The notes: generated from the sequence alone by a model not told the origin. A stretch of 64,000 nucleotides of DNA from an uncultured Planctomycetota bacterium (GCA_963841915.1 CAWJEN010000005.1:800001-864000); one strand, 5' to 3'; positions 30,986 through 42,632 are shown, counted from the first letter of the stretch. A program made the numbers and translations.

Positions 30986-31001
30986 TGTTCCACGTGGAAC
31001 A
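30986..31001. promoter_or_regulatory. parS site
   Basis: Perfect TGTTCCACGTGGAACA. Confidence 0.9.
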
Positions 31002-31005
31002 TCGC

Positions 31006-31040
31006 GAAGCGGCGGGCACCGGAGGGGTGCCCGCCGCTTC
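31006..31040. terminator. Hairpin terminator between convergent genes
   Basis: 15-bp stem GAAGCGGCGGGCACC/GGTGCCCGCCGCTTC with a 5-nt loop. Confidence 0.75.
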
Positions 31041-31058
31041 TGTGTTGCTGGAGCTCGC

Positions 31059-32679
<1,621 letters not shown>

Positions 32680-32836
32680 GGGCGACTCTATCGCCCTGCC
32701 CAGCCGTGGGGTCACTGCAACCGCTGCTCAGGAATGAACAGAACCCGTACGGGCAAGGTCCGATAGTCTTTGCCCTGCCGAACGCGCTGCGCGAATGTGG
32801 CCGCCGTGGCTGATCGGTCCTTAGGGGCCGGGACAA

Positions 32837-32852
32837 TGTTCCACGTGGAACA
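32837..32852. promoter_or_regulatory. parS site
   Basis: Perfect 16-mer within a 26-bp palindrome (32832-32857). Confidence 0.92.
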
Positions 32853-32901
32853 TTGTCGAGCCCCCGCCATTGACAGCGAAGCAGGTTTTTAGTCGCCGAA
32901 A

Positions 32902-32917
32902 TGTTCCACGTGGAACA
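32902..32917. promoter_or_regulatory. parS site
   Basis: Perfect 16-mer. Confidence 0.92.
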
Positions 32918-33083
32918 TTCTGGGGTCGTGACACGTCGCCGAGTGCGGTGGCGGGTCGTCCATACTACAGGCGAATGCACACGTTTGCTACAGGAGACAG
33001 TCCTGCTTTCGGGTACCTACTGCGACTGGGGTCGTCGGCCGTGGGAGTTTCCGCCCAGGCGCGAAAGTGGCCGCGGCGGCAAT

Positions 33084-33099
33084 TGTTCCACGTGGAACA
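33084..33099. promoter_or_regulatory. parS site
   Basis: Perfect 16-mer within a 22-bp palindrome (33081-33102). Confidence 0.92.
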
Positions 33100-33208
33100 A
33101 TTTGACCCGAGTTGGCTCCGAACCAAAATACCAGTGCCCGCCCTACCGACCGGCGAGCCACGTGCGGAGCATCCGTGAGTGTCCGGCAGACGCAAACAGA
33201 CGGGCGAA

Positions 33209-33224
33209 TGTTCCACGTGGAACA
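33209..33224. promoter_or_regulatory. parS site
   Basis: Perfect 16-mer within a 36-bp palindrome (33199-33234). Confidence 0.92.
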
Positions 33225-33325
33225 TTCGCCCGTCGGCACCACTTCATGATGTGGCCGCTGTTCGTTGGCCTCGCCCAGGCGGGCTGGGCAGATCGCCCAC
33301 AAACGTTCGCGTGTCGACTGAGCCA

Positions 33326-33341
33326 TGTTCCACGTGGAACA
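33326..33341. promoter_or_regulatory. parS site
   Basis: Perfect 16-mer 11 bp beyond the parB stop. Confidence 0.92.
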
Positions 33342-33352
33342 TTGCCCCGCTG

Positions 33353-34327
33353 CTACGACTCGGTTTGCACCTTCAGCCGCTCCATGAGCTGGTCGAACTG
33401 CTCGGCGTTCTTGAGTGTCAGCGTCAGCTTGTAACCGCCCTTACCGGCTGCGGCGACCGTGCAAGGCGTGCCGACGGCCTTTGTCAGCGTCTCTGCCAAA
33501 CGGTTCAGATAGGTCGCACGGACCTGCGCCTCCGACTGGCCGGCTGATCCGGGCTTCGATGCCGTCATCTTCTCGAGCTGGCGGACCGACAGGTTCTCGG
33601 CCACCGCCAGCTTGGCGAGCTTGAGCTGCAGATCACGGTCGTCGACACCGGCCAGCACCTTGGCATGCCCGAGCGGCAGTTTGCCGTCCCGTGCCAGCTC
33701 AACGACCTCACCCGGCAGATCGAGCAAACGCAGGTAGTTGGCGACGCTGGTGCGTTCTTCCCCGAGTCGCCCAGCCAGTTGAGCCTGCGTCATGCCGAGC
33801 TGTCGCTGCAAATCTCGATAGGCTTCAGCCCGGTCGATCGGGTTGAGATCCTCGCGGTGAATGTTCTCGACAAGCGCCATCTCCGCCTGGGCGGCGCGTT
33901 CCACGTGGCGAACGAGGCAGGGCACCGTCTCGAGTTCGGCGAGCTTGGCTGCCCGTAGCCTTCGCTCGCCTGCGATGAGCTCGTACTTGCCGTCGTCGAG
34001 CGGGCGGACAAAGAGCGGTTGAATCACGCCGTTGACTTTGAGTGATGCAGCGAGTTCAGCCAGGGCGACAGGTCCGAAGACGCGGCGGGGCTGGTGCGGG
34101 TTGGGAACAATGTCCGCGGGCTTGAGCTGCCGAAGGACACCCGTTCGGTAGTCCGGCTCGGCTTCCTTGACTGCTTCCGCTGCAGGCGGGGTGCTGCGCA
34201 GGACCGGCTTCGACGGCGGGGCGGCCTCGTCGTCCAGCTGCATCAGGCTGCTGAGACCGCGGCCCAGGCGTGACTTGCGGTTGCCCGCGGGAGCAGAGTC
34301 TGACTTGTCCGTGTTCTTCGACGCCAT
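33353..34327 (-). CDS. parB: Chromosome partitioning protein ParB/Spo0J
   Basis: LGRGLSSL, PNPHQPR, ELIAGERRLRA, ALVENIHREDLNPI and an HTH with VANYLRLL. Confidence 0.96.
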   Translation of the reverse strand: MASKNTDKSDSAPAGNRKSRLGRGLSSLMQLDDEAAPPSKPVLRSTPPAAEAVKEAEPDYRTGVLRQLKPADIVPNPHQPRRVFGPVALAELAASLKVNGVIQPLFVRPLDDGKYELIAGERRLRAAKLAELETVPCLVRHVERAAQAEMALVENIHREDLNPIDRAEAYRDLQRQLGMTQAQLAGRLGEERTSVANYLRLLDLPGEVVELARDGKLPLGHAKVLAGVDDRDLQLKLAKLAVAENLSVRQLEKMTASKPGSAGQSEAQVRATYLNRLAETLTKAVGTPCTVAAAGKGGYKLTLTLKNAEQFDQLMERLKVQTES

Positions 34328-34340
34328 GCCAGGACATTAA

Positions 34341-34356
34341 TGTTCCACGTGGAACA
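34341..34356. promoter_or_regulatory. parS site directly upstream of parB
   Basis: Perfect 16-mer 13 bp from the parB ATG. Confidence 0.92.
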
Positions 34357-34660
34357 TCTCAATGTTCGGCGGCGGGAACGTGGGTGTGCCTCGACAGCGC
34401 AGCGGAACAGGTCGCAGGTCCGTATCGCCTGAAACGTCCGGGGTACCGATGAGCATGGCCCAAGGTCTCGTCGTTGAGCGCAAGGTGACGATCAAGGCTA
34501 CAACAGATGGGCGGTTTTAGTTAGGTTAATGTTCGGATCTGACTCGTCACTTCTGAACGGTGCAGGGTGGGGGTCAGGCGTCTACACTTTCGACAGCAGC
34601 GGGGCGTCAACGCCTTCCGCATCAATCGAAGCGCGTCCATACGAAGCTGAACTACCCGTC

Positions 34661-35941
34661 ATGCCTTACACCTTAGAAGAAGCCCCGGCCCAGCTCCTTG
34701 TCTCCGACGGCGACACCGAAGGGGATGTCGGCTCCAACCGCTGGACGCTCAACTTTGGCCCGCAGCACCCGGCAACGCACACCACGCTTCGACTCGTCCT
34801 CGAGCTCGACGGCGAGCGCGTCGTCAAGTGCACGCCGCACATCGGCTACCTGCACAGCGGCTTCGAGAAGCTTGGCGAGCATCTCAACTACAACCAGTAT
34901 GTCACCATCGTCGACCGGATGGACTACTCGGCTCCGATCTACAACGAGCTGGCTTGGCACGATGCGGCAGAGCGGCTGATGGGTGTCCAGCTCACGCCCC
35001 GATGCACGGCACTGCGCACCATCGCCGGCGAACTGGGGCGAATTCAGAGTCACTTGCTGTGCGTCGGTGCGGTGGGGCTGGACCTCGGTGCGTTCACGAG
35101 CTTCCTGTACGGCTTCAACCAGCGCGAGCACATCTACGACATCGTCGAGTTCATGACGGGTCAGCGGTACCACACCGGCTGGACCCGCGTCGGTGGTCTC
35201 AACCAGGATCTGCCCGACGAGCACACGTTCGTCCGCATGGTCAAGAACTTCATCAACGACTCGCTGCCCGAGGCGATCGCTGACATGGAGAAGCTGCTCA
35301 ACCGCAACCGCATCTTCGTCGAGCGGACCAAGGGCATCGGCGTGCTCAGCCCCGAAGACGCCACCGCATGGGGTGTCACCGGCCCGATGGCCCGGGCCAG
35401 CGGCATCAAGCGTGACCTCCGCAAGGAAGAGCCGTACCTCTGCTTCAAGAACAACTGGGACGGAATGGGGGCCGAGGCCCCCGAGTTCACGGTCCCGGTG
35501 ATGGAGACCGGCGACGCCTATGCGCGGTTCCTGGTCCGTTGCGAAGAGATGAAGCAGTCGGCCAGCATCATCCGCCAGCTCATCGACAAGATCCCCGAAG
35601 GGCCGGTGAACGTTAGCCCCGAGGGCAAGGAGACGCTGCCGCCGAAGGACCAGGTCTACTCGAGCATCGAGGGTCTCATCCAGCACTTCGAGATGATCAT
35701 GACCAACCGCGGCTTCGAGGCCCCGCGCGGCGAGGCCTACGGCCGCATCGAAAGCGCCAACGGCGAGCTCGGTTACTACATCGTCAGCGACGGCACGAAC
35801 GTCCCGTGGCGTGTCCGCACCCGCGGCCCGATCTTCTTCAACTACCAGACCTTCGCGAAGCTGATCGAAGGCCACACGATCAGCGACGTGGTGGCGGTGC
35901 TCGGCAGCATCAACGTCATCGCCGCGGAGCTGGACCGGTGA
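34661..35941 (+). CDS. nuoD: NADH-quinone oxidoreductase subunit D
   Basis: LNFGPQHPATH.TLRL, IGYLHSGFEK, ELGRIQSHLL, ESANGELG and the terminal AELDR. Confidence 0.95.
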   Translation: MPYTLEEAPAQLLVSDGDTEGDVGSNRWTLNFGPQHPATHTTLRLVLELDGERVVKCTPHIGYLHSGFEKLGEHLNYNQYVTIVDRMDYSAPIYNELAWHDAAERLMGVQLTPRCTALRTIAGELGRIQSHLLCVGAVGLDLGAFTSFLYGFNQREHIYDIVEFMTGQRYHTGWTRVGGLNQDLPDEHTFVRMVKNFINDSLPEAIADMEKLLNRNRIFVERTKGIGVLSPEDATAWGVTGPMARASGIKRDLRKEEPYLCFKNNWDGMGAEAPEFTVPVMETGDAYARFLVRCEEMKQSASIIRQLIDKIPEGPVNVSPEGKETLPPKDQVYSSIEGLIQHFEMIMTNRGFEAPRGEAYGRIESANGELGYYIVSDGTNVPWRVRTRGPIFFNYQTFAKLIEGHTISDVVAVLGSINVIAAELDR

Positions 35942-35981
35942 GCGGTTCCGAGCAGGAGTCTCATGGCGATCCCGCTGTACC

Positions 35982-36259
35982 GCCTGGTGCCACGGTTTGA
36001 GCCGCATTCTGATGCGGGCAAACCGTGTCGGTGATGGTGTTTGGACAACACGGGTTCCGGACACTGGTTGAGCCGCATCAGAATGCGACCCAATCAGTGG
36101 CACCAGATGTGGCATCCGACGAGTAGGTCGAGCTACTCCAACGGTCTGGTGCCTGGTGCCACGGTTTGAGCCGCATTCTGATGCGGGCAAACCGTGTCGG
36201 GGATCGGGCGTCACCGACACGGTTTGCCCGCCGCAGACGGCGGCTCAAACCGTGGCACC
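35982..36259. repeat. Cluster of four REP-like units (family B) as two inverted doublets
   Basis: Identical 50-mers at 35982-36031 and 36151-36200; diverged inverted copies at about 36057-36106 and 36214-36259. Confidence 0.85.
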
Positions 36260-36326
36260 GTTCGTCCACCTCTGTCGCACCGTTCGTCCACCTCTGTGGC
36301 ACCGTTCGTCTACCTTTGTGGCACCG
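36255..36326. repeat. 22-bp tandem repeat, about 3.3 copies
   Basis: GCACCGTTCGTCCACCTCTGT(C/G) units with no spacers. Confidence 0.9.
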
Positions 36327-36335
36327 ACGCAAAAT

Positions 36336-37091
36336 CTACGGATAATCCTGCCCGACCGGCCGGAGCGTGAGTTGATTCACGTGCACGTTCGGCGGCTGAT
36401 CGACCGTGAATTTGATCGCCCGGGCCACGTCTTCGGGCTCGAGCATGGCGCCGTACTTCTCGACGACTTTGCCGAAGGTCTCGTGGTCGTAGCCGGCGAC
36501 GTCCTGGAACTCGGTTTTGACGATGCCGGGCTTGATGGTCGTCACGCGGACGCCGCTCTTGCCGACTTCGCGGCGAAGCGCTTCGGCAGCGGCTTCGACG
36601 GCGAACTTCGTGCTGCCGTACGCGCCGCTGAAGGGCGAGACGTTTGTGCCGACGACGCTGCCAAGGACGACGATGTCGCGTGGTCCTGTGCCGTCTTTCA
36701 AGGCGTCGGCGGCGATGCGCATGAGGTGCATCGCGCCCAGCACGTTGACCTGCACCATGCTTTGCCAGGCCGATTCGTCGCTCGAGAGGATACCGCCTTG
36801 CAACCCGCGGCCGGCGTTGATGATGACGATGTCCGGCGGGCCGTCCAGTGCGACACGCGTCTCCTTCCACAGCCGATCGATGTCGGCTGTCTCGCCCGCG
36901 TCGGCGGCGATGGCGGTCGCGTCGCCGCCGACGCTTTTGATCTCGTCGACGAGTTCGTCGAGCCGTTGCTTGCGTCGGGCGCTGACGACCACGCGTGCTC
37001 CGGTCTCGGCCAGCAGCAGGGCGGTTGATCGGCCGATACCGGCCGACGCACCGGTGACAAGGGCGGTTCTGCCTTTCAGTGTTTTGCTCAC
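36336..37091 (-). CDS. SDR family oxidoreductase
   Basis: TGASAGIG, NAG and YGSTK motifs. Confidence 0.92.
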   Translation of the reverse strand: MSKTLKGRTALVTGASAGIGRSTALLLAETGARVVVSARRKQRLDELVDEIKSVGGDATAIAADAGETADIDRLWKETRVALDGPPDIVIINAGRGLQGGILSSDESAWQSMVQVNVLGAMHLMRIAADALKDGTGPRDIVVLGSVVGTNVSPFSGAYGSTKFAVEAAAEALRREVGKSGVRVTTIKPGIVKTEFQDVAGYDHETFGKVVEKYGAMLEPEDVARAIKFTVDQPPNVHVNQLTLRPVGQDYP

Positions 37092-37129
37092 GATCCAGCC
37101 TATTCCGCGCCGGGTCGTAGCATGGGCCG

Positions 37130-38381
37130 TTGTTCCCGCGGGCCCTCATCACCGGTATCGGCTGCGTTTCGCCCAACGGCGTTGGTCGTGAAGCGTTCGG
37201 CGACGCGTGCGTCGGCGGTACCAGCGGACTCAAGCGACCGACAGGCGAGGCGTATGAAGGGCTGCGGACGAGCAGCGTCGGGCAGATCTCGCCGGAGCAG
37301 TTCGATCCCGAGAGCGTGCTGCCTGCGGCGGAATTGAAGCGTTTGCCGCGGGTCGTGCCGCTGGCGTTGGCGGCAGCGACCGAGGCGCAACAACAGGCCG
37401 GGCTTGATGTCTCTGACGAATCCGTCAGCCGACGCGTCGGGCTCGTTCTCGGCACAGGCGGTGGCGGACTCGCCTTCGTCGAAGAGCAGTACAAAGGCTT
37501 TTTCACCGGCCGGCACGGTGGCAGCCCGTTCGCCATCACCGGTGGCACGCACGGCAACCTCGCCGGTGAGCTGTCCATTGCCATGGGTCTTCGCGGGCCC
37601 AGTCATGTTGTCTCCACCGGATGCGCCAGCTCGACCGACGCGCTGGGCTACGCACTCATGCTCATTCGTGCGGGCCGATGTGACGCCGTCGTGTGCGGCG
37701 GGGCGGATGCGCCGATCGCGCCCGGGATCCTGCGTGGCTTCGAACGTATGGGCGTCATCAGCACGCTTCGTTGGGATGACGCGACGTCAGTCGTGTCGGC
37801 CTTTCGATACAGATCGGGATGGTCTTGTGTTGGGCGAAGGCAGTTGGATGTTCGTCGTCGAACGCGAGGGTTGGCGAAAGGGCGTCACGCCGTTGGCACA
37901 AGTGGCCGGGTATGGCAGCACGAGCGACGCGTACCACCGCGTGCGGATCGACCCGGACGTGACCGAGTGCGTCCGAGCGATGAGCGACGCCCTGGCCGAT
38001 GCCGGCGTAACGGCAGCCGACGTCGACGCGGTGAATCTGCACGGCACGGGAACGGAAATGAACGATCGCCTCGAAACGGCGGCATTGCACAAGCTGTTGG
38101 GCGGCAGGGCGGGCGACGTGCCGATGAGCGCGACAAAGAGCCTGATCGGCCACCCGCAGGGCGCCGGCGGCAGCGCGGGCGTGGCGGCGGCTGTGCTGTC
38201 GGCACGGCGTGGTGTGGTTCACCCGACGCTTAACCTCGACACCCCCGACCCGGCGTGTGACCTCGATTACGTCCCGGGCGAAGCGCGATGCGTCGACGTG
38301 CGGACGCTGCTCTGCAACTGCATCGCGTTCGGCAGCAAGAACAGTGCACTCGTGCTGAAGGTGCACGAACCCGTCGACTGA
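37130..38381 (+). CDS. fabF: Beta-ketoacyl-ACP synthase, FabF-like (1-nt frameshift near 37787)
   Basis: STGCASS, SCRPFD.DRDG.VLGEG, HGTGT.MND and KSLIGH. Removing T37787 fuses the two ORFs. Confidence 0.85.
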
Positions 38382-38412
38382 CGCCTCGACGCGGCTGCGT
38401 TACCATGCGGGC

Positions 38413-39054
38413 ATGCCTGACGACGCACCCAAGGCCCAGCCGCAGAAGACACGACCCGCGGCCCGCGTGGCGGCGGAGTTTGTGGGGCTGTCGCCTTGGA
38501 AGAAAAAGCTGCTGAGCCTCTTCATCGTCGTCGCCTCGATCGGCGGTTTGATGTGGACGCACGCGACCTTTATCAGCGAAAGCAACGCGACGCCGCCCGC
38601 GTTCATGAGCGGTGACGACACGCGACCCAACGCCGACCTGCCGCCAAACAGCCGGGGCTTTATCGACGACACGAGCGACGGCCTGGCCGAAGCGGCGGAT
38701 GAGGCCGGCGTGACGGAGGGGCAAAGCGACTGGAAGCTGCCCTGGCACGGTCGCCTCGGCGGGTGGCTGGCACGGCTGGGCGTCAGCTTCGCCGTCGGCC
38801 TGATCGTCGGTGTCTTCTTTCGAGCTTTCCTGAAGACCATGGCCGCCGTGACAGCTGTCGTCGTCGGTGGCATCGTGTGTCTGAGCTACTTCGAGGTATT
38901 CGACATCGACTTCGACGCGATGCGCCAGAACGCCGACACCGCCAGCGGCTGGGCCAAGGACCAGGCGGGCGGCCTGAAGAACATCGTCGTCAACTTCTTA
39001 CCAAGTGCGACGGCTGCGACGGTTGGTGGATTTACTGGATTCCTCCGTCGGTGA
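38413..39054 (+). CDS. FUN14-like membrane protein
   Basis: LGVSFAVGLIVGVFFRAFLK...LPSATAATVGGFTGFLRR. Confidence 0.7.
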   Translation: MPDDAPKAQPQKTRPAARVAAEFVGLSPWKKKLLSLFIVVASIGGLMWTHATFISESNATPPAFMSGDDTRPNADLPPNSRGFIDDTSDGLAEAADEAGVTEGQSDWKLPWHGRLGGWLARLGVSFAVGLIVGVFFRAFLKTMAAVTAVVVGGIVCLSYFEVFDIDFDAMRQNADTASGWAKDQAGGLKNIVVNFLPSATAATVGGFTGFLRR

Positions 39055-39075
39055 AAATCGTCTACAACTTTAGAT

Positions 39076-39237
39076 ATGAACAAGTCCTTCGCCCGCAAGC
39101 TCCTCTCCGTCTGTTGCCTTTTCACCCTGGCGATCATCCTCACCGGCTGTCAGTCGAACGACGGCGAAGGCAAGATGGACAACGCCGTCGACACGGATTC
39201 CGATGTCGAAGCTCGGGCCAGAGAGATCGCCAAGTAG
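39076..39237 (+). CDS. Small lipoprotein (53 aa, not in the ORF track)
   Basis: MNKSFARKLLSVCCLFTLAIILTGC has a basic n-region, an h-region and a lipobox. Confidence 0.7.
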   Translation: MNKSFARKLLSVCCLFTLAIILTGCQSNDGEGKMDNAVDTDSDVEARAREIAK

Positions 39238-39335
39238 CTCACCGGTGCCCTCCTGGGCTCGGAAGCGATCGCCTTGTCCTCAGTCCGTCCACAGTGATCT
39301 GACGCTGCTTCGCCCCAAGCCTCAGCTCAACGCAA

Positions 39336-39363
39336 AGCCCGCGGGACGATCGTCCCGCGGGCT
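39336..39363. terminator. Perfect 28-bp palindrome between convergent genes
   Basis: AGCCCGCGGGACGATCGTCCCGCGGGCT flanked by short A and T runs. Confidence 0.65.
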
Positions 39364-39445
39364 CTTTCGTGCGCCCTATAGCCCGGCATGCTTCACAGCC
39401 CAAGCCGTTAGCGCGTCGAATGTGTCTTGTTCTTCACCAGAATCT

Positions 39446-39871
39446 TCACCGGCTGGCCTGCCACAGGCGTGTCGCAACGATGGCCAGATATGACGCGAGT
39501 ACGAGGTGGAAGACGATCGGGATCATTCCCGGTGGCAGCCATCGGCGGTCCGGGTGCAGATGACCCGAGATGCCATAGCGGACGATCATTCCGCCGGCGT
39601 AGACGATTGCGAAGGCGGCTGTCGCCGTCGCTAATCGAACCCGACGCCGATCGAATGGCCACCGACCAAACGACGCGGCCACGTCGAGCTTGGCCATCGC
39701 TCCCAGGATCAGCACCTGTGCCGTCAGCAGCACAGGATACGGCAGCAGTCCCGACTGCCACTCGTCCATCGCCGGCAACCATTGCGGAGTCGCGACGACG
39801 ACCACGATCTGCCCGACGACGCGGAGCAGGAACAACGCCGACAGCAGCCACATCGCGGCTGCGGCAGTCAC
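39446..39871 (-). CDS. Hypothetical membrane protein
   Basis: Four hydrophobic segments and a WLP..EWQSGLLPYPVLL motif; GTGA overlap with the argH stop. Confidence 0.75.
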   Translation of the reverse strand: MTAAAAMWLLSALFLLRVVGQIVVVVATPQWLPAMDEWQSGLLPYPVLLTAQVLILGAMAKLDVAASFGRWPFDRRRVRLATATAAFAIVYAGGMIVRYGISGHLHPDRRWLPPGMIPIVFHLVLASYLAIVATRLWQASR

Positions 39872-41297
39872 AGCCCGAGCCGCTCTTTCCACTCGGCGAG
39901 CTGCTTCTTCAGCGGCTCGCCACCGGCGGCGCCGGCCGATTGGTAGCGGGCGACGACGTTCCTCGCGCCGAGACACTCGAACACGTCGCCTTCGATCTTG
40001 TCGCTCGCCGCCTGGAACTCGTCGAGCGTCAGGTCTTGCGAGCCGTCGTCTTGCCCTCCTTCTCGCACTTGGCGACGAGGCCGCCGACGACCTGGTGGGC
40101 GGTGCGGAACGGCACGCCCTTGACGACGAGGTACTCGGCGAGGCTGGTGGCGTCCATGAACCCGCCCTCGCACGCGGCCTCGCACTTGTCCTTGACGAAC
40201 TCGGTGTTGTTCACGATCGCCGCGGCCATCGTGAGGCAGGAGCTGACGGTGTCGTAGGCGGCGAAGACGTGCCGTTTGTCTTCCTGCAGGTCGCGGTTGT
40301 AGCCGATGGGCAACCCCTTGCAGATGGTCAGCAGGGCGACGAGGTTGCCGTAGACGTTGCCGCAGCGGCCGCGGATGAGCTCGAGCATGTCCGGGTTGCG
40401 CTTCTGCGGCATCATCGAGCTGCCGGTGGTGTACTTGTCGCGCGGTCTTGATGAAGCCGAACTCGGCGGAGCAGTAGATGATCCACTGCTCGGCCCAGCG
40501 GGAGAGGTGCATCGCGGTCATCGCGCAGGCGTAGACGAAGTCGAGGGCGGCGTCGCGAGAGGCGGTGCGTTCAATGCTGCTTCGAGGTGAGGCTTCGAAG
40601 CGATAACTTGCCAGCGACGAAGCGTCGAGCCGCGTCATTGCAGGATCAAGCGGTAGCGATGAACCGGCGATCGCACCACTTCCGAGGGAGTCGCAGATCG
40701 TGTCGATGACGTGTCCTGCGCGTAGCCGATAGCGGTATTCGATCGGATGCGATCATCTCTGTCCACGCCAGAGCCTCTGCAGCCGCCGAGATTGGCTGTG
40801 CTCGTTGAAGGTGCGTGTACGACGGCATCACGACGTCTGCTGACTGCGATCCGCGAGACGCACAAAGCACGTTGAGCAGGTTGCAAAGCGTTCCAAAGCT
40901 CAAGCGAGCTGCGTCTTGTAGCCACATGCACCAGGTCCGTCGCCACCTGATCGTTCCGGCTGCGCCCCGTGTGCAGCTTGCGGCCCGGCTCGCCGACCTT
41001 GTCGATCAGGGCCTTCTCCACGCACATGTGGATGTCCTCGTACTGCTTGTCGAAGCCCGCCCAGTCCGGGCCGGCCTCGTCGATCTCGGCCTCGATCTCG
41101 CGGAGGCCGCGCTCGATGGCGGCGCGGTCGTCCTCGGTGATGAGGCCGACCTTGGCGAGCATCGCGGCGTGGGCGAGGCTGCCGGCGACGTCCTGCTTGT
41201 ACAGCCGCCAGTCGTAGCTGACGCTCTCGACGAAGTCCTGCCCAAGGGCGTCGGTCGCCTCGGCGATGCGGGCCTGCCAGCTCTTTTGTTCGCTCAT
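39868..41297 (-). pseudogene. argH: Argininosuccinate lyase with multiple frameshifts (true pseudogene or consensus errors)
   Basis: EDIHM, KLHTGRSRNDQVATD, MPSYTHLQRAQP, SSMMPQKRNPD, YNRDLQEDK and GVPFRTAH are spread over different frames. Confidence 0.85.
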
Positions 41298-41319
41298 GCT
41301 CGACCGTAGCAACAGCACG

Positions 41320-41402
41320 AAGCGAGCCCCGACCGTCAGGAAGGGGTTCCGGTCGGTGCCAATGCACGTTCCGAAACCCGCTCCCTCACGGTCGGGGCTC
41401 GC
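41320..41402. repeat. REPIN-like inverted repeat (family A), intergenic
   Basis: Left arm is 26/28 identical to the arm at 8960-8987; right arm at 41376-41402. Confidence 0.85.
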
Positions 41403-41426
41403 GCTCCCGACATGATGTCGATCGCC

Positions 41427-42578
41427 TTAGCTCAGTCCGGTGATGAGGCCGTGGCAGTTCTCGTTGCGGAGCTCCATCGTGTACTCACCAATGACCTGAC
41501 CGGCCTCGCGGTCGCCGGTGCGGGCCAGCGGCTTGTAGCCGAAGCTGCGACCGGCCAACGGCAGCACGCTCGCCCGGCTGCTGTCGAGCAACAGCACCGA
41601 GCCGCTTGGCATTGCCCGGCTGAGGACGACGCGGCAGACACCGAAGTCGCTTTCGTAGACGCCGATGCCGTCGCGGAACGTCTCGGCAGAGCTGGCGAAC
41701 CGCCGACCGGCGTCGGTGAACTGGTTGATGGCCCGCTTCTGCCTGCCGCCGACGACGATGGTGTCGACGGTCGTCCCGCCGCCTTGCCAGATGGTGCGGA
41801 GTGCAAGGTTGAGCTGCTCTTCGGTCAGCGTCGCATCGGCCGGAAAACCGTCGGTGTTGGGGACGAAGCGGTGCGTGGCGACGCTGGCGATGATGCCGCG
41901 CATCGTCCGCGGCGTGTAGGCGTCACCCGCCGGATTGCCGCTCGGCGGGTTGGCGTCGGCGGCACCGAGCAACAGGCTCGTCTCGAGTTCACGAAGCAGC
42001 TCGCGCAGACGCATCGCCTTCTGGTACTCGAGTTCGTCGGCCACGCCGGCTTGTCGGACGGCCAGCTCGCTGCCACTGACCTCGACGCTGGCGGCAAAGA
42101 TCTGCGTCGTGTTGGAGCGACGCGTCCGGTTGGTGAATCGGGCCGCCGCAGCGTCTGCGCCTTCGAGCTGCGGGGCTGCGATGACGATAAGGGCATCACC
42201 GACGGCCGGGTCTGCACCGACGGGCGTGCCGCCGTAACCGCGGGTCACGCGAAACTCACTGGCACCAGCGAGCTCTTCGACCCGCATGACCTCGGCCGAG
42301 TCACCGACCCGGACGAGGTCGTTGATGCGGACAAGGTCTGCCGCTTCGATGGTGATCCAGACGCCCGCGTCGAAGACGGTGACGACGGATCGATCCGGAA
42401 GCGGCGCATCTTCGAGCCATTCGTGAACAACGCCGCGGGCCGGGCGGCCGGGATCACCCAGCAGGTCGAGCAACGGCGTCTCCGTGGCGGCGGCGATGGC
42501 GACGAGATCGGCAACGTCTTCGACGTGCTCGGGCAGCTCGGCACCGGCAGAATAAGTGGCTTTTCCAGTAAAAGGCAT
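41427..42578 (-). CDS. Phage-like major capsid protein (DUF5309/SU10 type)
   Basis: ETPLL..LG, HEWLED, EGAD, RSN.TQIF..SVEVSGS, DELEYQK, R.MRGI and LARTGD...GQVIGEYT.E.RNE motifs; AAGGA RBS. Confidence 0.85.
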   Translation of the reverse strand: MPFTGKATYSAGAELPEHVEDVADLVAIAAATETPLLDLLGDPGRPARGVVHEWLEDAPLPDRSVVTVFDAGVWITIEAADLVRINDLVRVGDSAEVMRVEELAGASEFRVTRGYGGTPVGADPAVGDALIVIAAPQLEGADAAAARFTNRTRRSNTTQIFAASVEVSGSELAVRQAGVADELEYQKAMRLRELLRELETSLLLGAADANPPSGNPAGDAYTPRTMRGIIASVATHRFVPNTDGFPADATLTEEQLNLALRTIWQGGGTTVDTIVVGGRQKRAINQFTDAGRRFASSAETFRDGIGVYESDFGVCRVVLSRAMPSGSVLLLDSSRASVLPLAGRSFGYKPLARTGDREAGQVIGEYTMELRNENCHGLITGLS

Positions 42579-42632
42579 GGGTTCCTTGTGAGGGTTGAGA
42601 AGCGAGGAAAGAATGACGACAAGGGCTGCGGA

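Noticed and set aside
32837..33341. CRISPR array
   Set aside because: The repeat is only 16 bp and matches the parS consensus, spacing is irregular (65-182 bp), parB is adjacent, and no cas genes are present.
32870..33434. Short ORFs containing MFHVEH, CSTWN or VPRGT peptides
   Set aside because: These are translations of the parS palindrome, not proteins.
33897..33912. Extra parS inside parB
   Set aside because: CGTTCCACGTGGCGAA has a broken right arm.
36255..36326. Mini-CRISPR
   Set aside because: The units are directly tandem with no unique spacers.
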